A stretch of DNA of 61,823 bases, filler included, from Kipferlia bialata (taxonomy: Eukaryota), in assembly GCA_003568945.1 (NCBI GenBank). It is 3 parts of 2 records of this genome, joined end to end, with 100 filler letters (N's around TTAATTAATTAA, not from the genome) between each part and the next. Parts side by side here need not be neighbours in the genome. Positions count along the whole stretch, not along the records: positions 1 to 31,592 come from BDIP01000105.1; positions 31,693 to 50,218 come from BDIP01000106.1; 1 more part is not named here. One strand, 5' to 3'. The notes beneath the pieces are model-generated. The model made no database searches and was not told where the DNA came from. It saw only the letters and a program-made list of their open reading frames with translations. Made by a program: the position numbers and the translations under genes. This document shows, piece after piece, positions 27,101-37,033 of this stretch (position 1 is the first letter of the stretch; each line of letters starts with the position of its first letter).

Positions 27101-27964
27101 GGAACCCCCGCCCCCGCCAACCCCTATGCTGCTACCGTCTATCAGCAGGCGAGGGAACTGCTCGCAGCGGGTCAGAGCAGCGACTCTGCCAGTCTCTGCG
27201 TCTCTCTGATGCGCTACGGTGCCAGGTCCTCTGGTGGTTTCATCCCCTCTCTCTCTGCATGCGATGGGAGGGATGGTGAGGGAGAGTCGCTGGTGGGCTC
27301 TGTGGCCCTGGGGGTGTCTCTGCATGCAGACCCCACCTTCCTCCTGTTCACAGCCCTCTCTCTGCTCTCCTGTGTCAACCCGGCCACGGTGTCAGCCCTC
27401 GTCTCCCAGGTCAGCACCCCCCGCAGCACAGGGGCCCCCCTCTCCCCCCTCTCCCCTAGCAGCAGTACCGGCAAGGCCGCGGTGCTTCCTGTCCGGCCTG
27501 GGGTCTCTCTCATCCGCTCTCTGCTCCCTGGTGGTGCCACCCAGGCAGAGAGAGACAGGGACGAGGGGGACAGCATGTATGCATCCACAAACAGGCTCCC
27601 CATGCCCGGTCTGCCCTCGGGCCACAAGCGCCTCCTGCTTGCCAAGGATGCGGCGTCCCAGGCCCTGGCCCTGTGCCCGTCTCTGGGGCTGGGCTGGGTG
27701 GCCCTGGCCCTCGTCCACCTGCTGCTCAAGGAGCGCAGTGCCGCCCACACCTGTGCCGCAGCGGCCACCCAGCTGAACCCAGCCTGGGGGGTGGCCTGGA
27801 CGGTGGCCGGCATCATATCCGCAGGGGAGGGCGAGACCCAGTGCGGGGCCGCCTTCATATCCAGCGGCCGTGCCCTGTCCGGGTCCCTCTCCCAGGAGTG
27901 GACCGAGATGGGGCTGCAGGGCGTCATGGAGCCTCTCCTTGAGGCCGTCATAGCGGGTAACTGA
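24154..27964 (+). CDS. CFAP70: CFAP70/TTC18-like cilia- and flagella-associated TPR protein (2 exons)
   Basis: ATG 24154, intron ~24994-25148. Motifs AMLTVDVQGIFSPP, GVGCVSLRDLATPGATR and FRATNSYMSLSLTLSTPLVP resemble recalled CFAP70 blocks; C-terminal TPR-like helices (ALALCPSLGLGWVALALVHL, ATQLNPAWGVAW). Confidence 0.55.
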
Positions 27965-28093
27965 TCTGTGGTGTGCTATTTGTGTTGTCTTTCATGTGTC
28001 TGGTCCCGTGTTGTAGAAGTAAATCAGTGAATCCAGTAATCCAGCATTCTCTGGCAACGTAATCTATTCCCACACTATGTATCTGTGTCACTT

Positions 28094-30058
28094 CTACTTC
28101 ACCCTCTTGGCAGGCGTACCCACACTCTCCCCCTCCCGGGCTCTCTTCCTTGCCTTCTTTTCTGCCTTGCGCCTGGCCCTCCTCTCTGCCTTCTCTCTCT
28201 CCCGCTGTGCCTTCTCCTCTGGGGTCCTGTGTCTAGGTCTCTTGCCAGACAGCACACTCTCCCCCTCGTAGAGAGACGGCATCTCGGTGAGCTCTGACGC
28301 ATCAATCACAGTCTCGTCCATCACAGTCTCGTCCATCACAGTCTCATCCTCCTGGGTCAGCACTGTGGTCTCTGCCTCTGCCTCAGGGGCAGCCTTGGCT
28401 ACCACCACGGGTGCAGCCATTGGCTCTGGGGATGGGGAAGGCGATATGATGGCTACCCTTGGGGGTTGGCTCCCGATGGGAATGGGTAGGGGATTGGGCC
28501 GACCCCCACTGACACTGTCCCGACACATGACCTCCTTGGCCACGTCTAGGGGCTCTGTCACAGGCACGGCCTCCATCACCAGTCTAGAGGGGAGGGCAGC
28601 ATCGCCGGAGGGGGGGTGCGCGGAGTCGGGCAGCACGTGACGCCCAAGGTTAATCTGGGAGGCCAGCCTGCGTCTCTCCCCCTCCTCCCCGTCGTCTATA
28701 GGCTGTGCCCCCGAAGTGACGACCACCCCCCTCTGGGTGCCCGGGTGGATGACGAGCACAGACCCCTCCGGCCGGAACCCCACCCGCACGCCCACCCGCA
28801 CCAGGGTGCCATCCTCCACACCCTCCACACGCATGTGCTTGCCCTCAGACATGTAGGACGGCAGCAGGAAGGGAGGGGGGGACGTCTCCAGCGCCTTGGA
28901 AGGGGGACGCAGACCGCACAGCACCATCCCTCCCACCACCGCTGCCCCACTACCCCCTACTAGAGAGGCCAGGCGGAGGAGCGTGGTGGGCTCTGTGTCT
29001 GTGAGGCACAGGGCGCTGAAGGGGTGGCAGAGGGCACTGTCACCCAGGGCCTTAACACACACCCAGGCCTCTGCCTCTCTGTCCAGTCCCATGCCTGGGG
29101 TCAGACAGAGACAGATGGGGGGATGGGGGGGGGGGAATGTGTGTGTACCTGGGGTGTCCTATCAGGGCTAGTACTGCGTCACCTGGGATAGCCAGAAGAG
29201 AGTCCCTCCTCTGAGTGCGCAGAACCTGGGGGGAGAAAATGGGAGGATGACCTATACCAACTACAGACCAGCCCAACAGAATCTGTGACAGCAGCACCCA
29301 CCTCTCTAGGCCAGATGGATCCCTCGGGACCGGAGGGGGCACAGAGGAATGGGGCAGCCACGGGGTTTGCGGCAATAGTCTTGATGACAGTGTTCCACTT
29401 GTCGCAGTACTCCTTGTCATACGGGAGAGAGACAGAGAACACCGCACTCAATGCCTGTCTGGGGATCAGGAGAGCAATATGATGGGGTGGATAGAGAAGG
29501 GGGGGGGGGGGCATAGGATAAGGCAGAGAACGAAAGACTTGAATAAGCATTGATTCCAGACAGGAGACGAGAATACATATGGACACCCCACCTGGTTGGC
29601 TGTGCATGGAATGTGTGTCTCAGCCGGACAGACAGCAGGCTGAGGAGAGAATGCAGCTCCTGCTGAACATGAGTAAGGGAATTGATACATATACCAGTGA
29701 AAGCATATCATTGGAGACTGATATGTATATATATGTACACAGGGTATGAAGGGCCACCACTACCCCTACATCCAACCCTATATCAGTCCCTCCCACCGAC
29801 ACCCCTGACACAGTGTGACCCCCACCTTGTAGTCCAGCATTGCCCCTGGGGGTGCTGCGGCCAGGGCCACCATCAGACCCGGCAGGGCATCCTGGAGAGA
29901 GGGTATCTTCCACTCACCCATTGCCTACCGGAATCCACAGAGACCTGCTATGGGTGTGTGTACTGAGGAACAGTGTACAAACTGATGCGTGGAGGAGCAA
30001 CTGAAGAAGCGATTGACACGATGGAGGTCAGAGAATCTATTCTGATGATTCGAGACAT
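28094..30058 (-). CDS. Hypothetical multi-exon protein with basic C-terminal tail (probable nuclear localisation); start uncertain
   Basis: In-frame exons VSVDSGRQW / DALPGLMVALAAAPPGAMLDYK / ELHSLLSLL..PTR / QALSAVFSVSLPYDKEYCDKW.. / VLRTQRRDSLLAIP / ORF 28094-29092 ending ..RRARRKAEKKARKRARE..PAKRVK*. Confidence 0.6.
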
Positions 30059-30207
30059 TCGTGTCACTTCAACAATATATTAATACAATATTGAAGGGTC
30101 ATTTACAAACAGTGGTGAAGACGTCCAATGTCATAGCATTCAGCATTCAGTCATATCCAAATTCAAAGGTGATATTGACTGGCAAAGACATCGTCACTCT
30201 CGCCCCC

Positions 30208-31482
30208 TCACCCCAGACTGAATCCCTGCTCGGTGGGTCTGGCCCTCACAGGAATCTCCCTCCTCTCATCCCCAGTCACTGGGTTGTACTTAGAGTTCTG
30301 GTTGCGGTATATGTTCTCAGAGCGGCGCTCAGCACGGAACCTGGGTGAGAGATAGCCACTGTCACTCACTTCAATAAGCACATATATAGACCTATATATC
30401 CACCCCCACCTTGCACACTCGTCATCGTACTCCAGTCTCCTCCCGTCTAATCCGTCGTTGTACTGCAGAGTGATGGGGTTGTATGGGGCCCCTCCCTCAT
30501 TCTTCTTTCCCTGGTTCTTCTGCAGGGTTAGACCAGGGGAATACAGCGGTCACTTACATAGGCAGAGACAGGGATATACTAGAGATAGAGGACACAGTGG
30601 CACAGAAACCCGGTGAGCAACCCTACCTGGAGCCACTCCCCCCTCGCCCTGTATGCCTCTCTCTCTGCCTCTACCTGGGCAGTCCTGGCCCTGTCCCGGT
30701 CATCAGTGGCCCTGGGGTGAGAGGATGGGGGGTGGGGGGGGGGGGGGGGGGGGGGGGAGAGGAAGAAGAGGGGGGGGGGGGGGGGGGAAACAGTAGCATG
30801 AATATAGTGCAGTACAATGTATCTGGTGTGTACTCACATGACCATGTTCCACAGCAGTAGGGGGGGGGAGAGAGAGAGAGAGAGGAAGAAACAGGAATGA
30901 ACGTGGTGTAGTATATCTGGTGTGTACTCACATGACCATGTTCCACAGCAGTGCCCTGAAGACCTTGGCCTCCCTGACACTGTCGGGATGGGTGGAGACA
31001 GGCATACCAGCCAAGGGTGTGGTCTCAGGGAGCTGGTAGTCTCTAGGGTCAGGGGGTGAGATCATCATGTGATGTATAGTAACTCATCACACAGTGCAAT
31101 ATACTATATACTACATATGCTGAAATATTTCTGCAACACCAGCAACCCATACCTCTGGAATGATGTGGTGTCCAGGTTGAAGGCCTGAATGTCCTCGGGG
31201 CGACCGGTCTAGAGTGAGGCCAGAACAGCAGTGTCAGTATCATGTATCCACCACTAAACAGACATACTATTGACATATATATAATACATGTCATATATAT
31301 ATAATATATGTCATATACATATAACATACCAGGGCAATGATATCGCCAAGCATGTGCCGGGCCTCGATGTGGAGGTTGGTCCTGCGGTGGTTGACAAGAC
31401 CACCAGGCTTGGAGCGTCCTATCCACTTCAGGCCATTGTAACGGAGGAAATATGTCTCCACCGACACCCTGCCCATCTGGGC
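30208..31482 (-). CDS. C-terminal six exons of a protein with two YNP(I/V)T motifs, resembling ciliary/microtubule-associated proteins (5' end beyond linker)
   Basis: Spliced: AQMGRVSVETYF..IIAL / TGRPEDIQAFN.. / DYQLPETTP.. / ATDDRDRAR..EWLQ / KNQGKKNEGGAPYNPITLQYNDGLDGRRLEYDDECAR / FRAERRSENIYRNQNSKYNPVTGDERREIP..FSLG*. Confidence 0.65.
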
Positions 31483-31592
31483 CTGGGGGTCAGAGACACA
31501 CAGAGAGAGAGACACACACTCAGAGGAAGAGTAGTGGAGTTGAGATGAGAGGGGGGGGGGGAAGAGAGAGAGAGAGGGAAGGAGGGAGAGAC

Positions 31593-31692
31593 NNNNNNNN
31601 NNNNNNNNNNNNNNNNNNNNNNNNNNNNNNNNNNNNTTAATTAATTAANNNNNNNNNNNNNNNNNNNNNNNNNNNNNNNNNNNNNNNNNNNN
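31593..31692. other. Artificial contig-joining linker (44 N + TTAATTAATTAA + 44 N)
   Basis: Six-frame stop linker centred in exactly 100 nt. Confidence 0.95.
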
Positions 31693-32034
31693 AAGCACTC
31701 GGCGGGAGGGGGGGGGGGGGGGGGGAATACACAGACATCACAGACTCTGGGTAGTACGTGTAGATGTACATTTCTATTGACATGTGTTCTCTTTAGTGTT
31801 CTAACCATCAGATGACCCCACCCTCCTTGTTCTGTTCCCATCAGCTACTATTACACTATCACTATACATTATACAGATATATATATGTACATATTAACAG
31901 ATGTATTTGTATGTGTCTCACCCCAGATGACCCCACCCTCCTTGTCCTGTTCCCATCACACTATCATTTTATGATGAATATCTCCGTTTATATATATATA
32001 TGCATGATTTCTTCTCTCTTCTATTAATCCCCAG

Positions 32035-32277
32035 ATGACCCCACCCTCCTTGTTCTGTTCCCATCCGACAACGGTGTGATAGACGCTGACACTGGGGTAT
32101 GTGTAATCGCCAGTGCAAAAGATTGAAAAGAGTCCACACATGTTCCATTACTTATGTAGAATTAGTGTTTACTAATTTGAGTATTGACCTCTAACCCCTT
32201 CAGACCACCAAGAGCAGTGGGTACTACATTGCTGGCGTCCAGGACCTGTTCGACCCCACCATCGGTAAGTCTCTCTA

Positions 32278-32308
<31 letters not shown>

Positions 32309-34540
32309 GTGTGTGTGTATTCAATTATTTATACGTATATACCCTTACCCCCAGGTAACACCGACCTCAACAATGCCTTCAGTGCCGGTCTCAATGAGTT
32401 CCTGTCAGACGATACAGAGGACGGTACGTTTATACACTGAATATACAGTATATTGGTATATATTTAGTAGTGTTTAACTATATATTTACAATTTATGAGT
32501 TCCTGTCAGATGATACAGAGGACGGTACGTTATTACCATATGTATACACTATTTCCACACTCTATGTACACTATTTATATATTTATATATTTCATTATAA
32601 GGTAGTATTGGAATATGTTGGTATCACTTGAGTTTCTGTCAGACACACTGTTTATTGTGATATGATCTCGGTCCTGGATACCCTGACCCCCAGGCTATAT
32701 TATTGTGTATATAGTACAGTATATATAGAGTTGTATAGTATAGTATATGTATATACACTGACCCCCAGGCTATGTGGCCATGATGAACACCCTCTATGGC
32801 CTGGAGGTCGATGTGCCTCTGTACAAGACAATCAGGTATATAAATTTATAATGAATGAGTCATTTATACATAATTATATACATATTTTATAATTATATAT
32901 ATATATAGTTATAAATATGTAATTATGCATTTGTATGTATGTGCCTCTGTACAAGACAATCAGGTACCTCTATTGAATTATTTCAATTATATGTTGTACT
33001 AGCTCTTATACGTTGGCTGTTATGTCAAATACTTCACCTCAAGTATTTCTCAGCGATTGTGTTTGCATTCTCTGCATGCATTTAGCATGTGCTAACATCA
33101 GTGGCTACTGGCCCTCCCTCCTGGATACCCCCACCCAGGGCACACTCAGAATGGCACTGGCCAGACACACAGTACGTGTGGTATTATGAATATTCCGTAT
33201 GTATATGAGTATTCTGTATATGTACCAGTGCAAGGATTTGTGTAGATTGAACCGTCTCTCATTCCAGGCCACCATCGGATACTCTGCTGAGAGCAACCTC
33301 CTCGGAACAACGGCCCTCCCAGGCAAGATTCATGTGTATATGTATATTATTTGACGATGTATAACTATTATTATAGATACTTTCGTTGGTTCGATATGTG
33401 AGTATATGTCCCTCCCGGGTGTACACAATTAGTATGATTAGAATAGTTCCATTGGATAATTGTTATAGTTGTTATCATTGTTATAATTGTTGATACAGGA
33501 AATAGCTGCCATATATTTTACATATAATGGTATGGTATAACACAAAGTCATTAGATTAATTGCTGATACAGGCATTGAGCGCAAGGCCATTGCATACATC
33601 CAGGAGAGGTTCCGCGCACAGTACCTGGTAGCAGACTTCAGGTATACCTTCTCTCTCCCTCTACACCCCTACTACCAACTTTGCCCTCGTTGAGTTCCAT
33701 TGAGGAGATACTGTCTCTCTCTCCCCCTCTACACCCTTATTGTCAGCTTTGCCCTTGCTAAGTTTGCCACCACTACTCTCACTCTCTCTCTCTCTCTCTC
33801 CCTCTACACCCTTATTGTCAGCTTTGCCCTTGCTGAGTTTGCCACCACTCAGGAGATGCTTTCTCTCTGTCTCTNNNNNNNNNNNNNNNNNNNNNNNNNN
33901 NNNNNNNNNNNNNNNNNNNNNNNNNNNNNNNNNNNNNNNNNNNNNNNNNNNNNNNNNNNNNNNNNNNNNNNNNNNNNNNNNNNNNNNNNNNNNNNNNNNN
34001 NNNNNNNNNNNNNNNNNNNNNNNNNNNNNNNNNNNNNNNNNNNNNNNNNNNNNNNNNNNNNNNNNNNNNNNNNNNNNNNNNNNNNNNNNNNNNNNNNNNN
34101 NNNNNNNNNNNNNNNNNNNNNNNNNNNNNNNNNNNNNNNNNNNNNNNNNNNNNNNNNNNNNNNNNNNNNNNNNNNNNNNNNNNNNNNNNNNNNNNNNNNN
34201 NNNNNNNNNNNNNNNNNNNNNNNNNNNNNNNNNNNNNNNNNNNNNNNNNNNNNNNNNNNNNNNNNNNNNNNNNNNNNNNNNNNNNNNNNNNNNNNNNNNN
34301 NNNNNNNNNNNNNNNNNNNNNNNNNNNNNNNNNNNNNNNNNNNNNNNNNNNNNNNNNNNNNNNNNNNNNNNNNNNNNNNNNNNNNNNNNNNNNNNNNNNN
34401 NNNNNNNNNNNNNNNNNNNNNNNNNNNNNNNNNNNNNNNNNNNNNNNNNNNNNNNNNNNNNNNNNNNNNNNNNNNNNNNNCCTTCTACACCCTTTATTGA
34501 TGTTCAGGTGTCTTCTTCTCCCCCTCCGCTGTATCCTCCA

Positions 34541-34575
<35 letters not shown>

Positions 34576-36780
34576 ACCCCTAATCCCTAGGTGTCTTCTT
34601 CTCTCCCTCCGCTGTATCCTCTATCCCCCTATGCCCTGATGCTGGGTGTACCGACACAGAGGAGCTGCTAGAGCTGATCAACATGCCCACATTCACAATG
34701 TGCTAGTACGTGACAACTGTATATACAATTTCATTACACTATAATGGGTTGTGTACTTTCATATATACATATTAACTGGATACATACCATTTGTTACATT
34801 TCAATCAGTTATTTTTTCTTTTATGCGACCCTTACCCCCAGCTATGATGCCAGTGAAATCCCAGCTGTCAACTTCATGCTGGATGCATTCGGTAACGAGG
34901 TGTGTCTAGTACACATATATATAGATTGTGTGAGGGTATATGTGGGTATATCTATATATTATCTTACATGTATGTATACATATAGATATACACATGGCAC
35001 CTGTCAACTTCATGCTGGACGCATTTGGTAACGAGGTGTGTTATGTGTGAGCTATATCCCTATCTGGGTAACTCTCTCTCCCCCTCTCTCTACACCCCAT
35101 TCACTCCAGGATCTCTCCTCCGAGTACTGTGTCAAGACCCTCTGTGACTCAATCGAGGATGCATTCACTAGGACAAAGAACAACGAGGTACTCCTATTTG
35201 TCTAGTAGTTTATGTACCAAACCAAGTATCTCACTGCACTACTTCTTTCATATTGTTGTTCTCTCTCTCCCTCTAAATCCTTATTCTCTCTCTTCACCCC
35301 CAATTCTCTTTCCCTCTACCCCCTTATTCCCAGTGTGACTTTGTCCTGGCAGACACTGTGCTGCTCTCAGCATACAACACGGTGAGTAGTGTTTGTAGAC
35401 ACATATATATACATACATGCAGCTTACAACACGGTGAGTACATTCGCACACACACATATATATATGTATAAGGATAATTATTAGTAAGGAAGTTACATCT
35501 CACCTTAAATTAGATATATAGATTATCACTTGTCTGGCGGGAGATCTCTATGTGTTTCATTGTGGACCCTCTCCCCCCCACCTTCTATCTATCTCTCCCT
35601 CCCGCCTTCTCTAATATCACCCTTAATATCAGGCCTGTCTTGCTGAGAACGACGCCAGTGCCTGTCTGACATACCCAACCACAGACAGGTAAGGAGACGG
35701 TAGTAATGTATGATATATAATATATATATATATATATAATAGTACAGTTGATGAATCATGGTATTCACTTCAAATCCCTATTTCATTTGTCTGTGTGTAT
35801 ACATATGTCAGTGCCTGTCTGACATACCCCACCACAGACAGGTAGGGATATGTTATATGAATGGTATACAGTAGTACATGTACTATATATGTGTAATCAC
35901 ATGTCAGTGCCTGTCTGACATACCCAACCACAGATAGGTAGGGAGACGGTAGTATTGTGTCATATAGAGTTCATTCACACACATATATATTCATATATAT
36001 ACATATATATATATATATATACTCCTTTACGTATCTTACCCCCAGGGAGTACTACACCATCCCAATCAGCGAGTCCAGCGCCCCAGCATTCAGGTTCGTG
36101 TCCCTCTATCTGCCTATCTAGATTCCTCAATCGACCTTGTTATATTATAATTATGAGGCTACGGGAACTCTTTCTCTATATTCTCACTCACTGTCTCTTC
36201 AGTGAGTATCTGTTCACGGTGGCTGTATATTTCTCTCATATCTATTCCTTCTGAGTGCATATGAGTGATTGTCGGTCTCTCTCTTCGGGTCTTATGCCAA
36301 TGATATCTCTTCTCTCTCTCTCTCTCTCTCTCTCTACACCCTTAATTCCAGGCTTGATACTGGTACCACAGAGTCCACCATCGATTTCTTCAGCCTGTCT
36401 TTCAAGACTACCACCGTCTACTTCAGTCTGTCCCTGGTGACACTCGTCTTTGGTCTCACCATTGCCGTAGTAGGTGTGTATATTGCAATGCTTGTGTATA
36501 CACTACATATAGTCACATATATATAATAATTGAATGTAAATAGTAGTAGTTCAGTCTTCAGTACTTCAGTCTGTCCCTGGTGACACTGGTCTTTGGACTG
36601 GCAATTGCCATAGTAGGATAGTACTCTGTGCACAGTAATTGAGTGTGTATACAACTACTGTGTATATGTGCGCTCTTTATATGTTATATGTATGTCTCAC
36701 CCCCAGCTGCGTACTACATCTATGCCTTCTGCTACAAGAAGAACCAGTCCTCCATCCTGTACAGAATAAGGTTCAGATAA
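32035..36780 (+). CDS. Membrane-anchored protein with tandem type 2 periplasmic-binding-protein (SBP_bac_3-like) domains; 5'-truncated, internal gap
   Basis: About 16 exons splice in frame: ..YYIAGV..GNTDLNNAFSAGLNEFLSDDTEDGYVAMMNTLYG..TQGTLRMALARH..GIERKAIAYIQERF..FALAEFATTQEMLSLCL..[gap]..CDSIEDAFTRTKNNECDFVLADTVLLSAY..; TM VYFSLSLVTLVFGLTIAVVAAYYIYAFCY then KK; TAA 36778-36780. Confidence 0.6.
33875..34480. other. Assembly gap (N)
   Basis: N run inside the PBP2-like gene. Confidence 0.95.
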
Positions 36781-36791
36781 AGGGTGTAGAG

Positions 36792-36826
<35 letters not shown>

Positions 36827-37033
36827 AAGGGATTCATCTGGTCTAATTGTATGAAGTAAATTGACATTATTGCTGAAGTCTATTGTGGTGTGGAAACCAT
36901 AAAGGCTTCCATACTACTGTTTCAAACCTGATGACATTCATATTCAAACAAGAATCCAATGCCCAGTGAAATGTGTATAATAGTCTATACAGTGACGTAC
37001 AAGAACTCGTGAATCCCATCTATAAACAGTCAG

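Noticed and set aside
29305..29460. Bromodomain (NTVIKTIAANPVAAPFL)
   Set aside because: Only a superficial helix-Z/WPF-like resemblance; no downstream PDY..I..PMDL or conserved Asn motif.
31593..31692. TTAATTAATTAA palindrome (also 50263-50274) as a biological site such as a TTAA transposon target
   Set aside because: Exactly centred in 100-nt N padding at both places; an artificial six-frame-stop linker, so synteny across it is meaningless.
33700..34639. 266-aa and 299-aa ORFs
   Set aside because: Open only because they run through the N gap.
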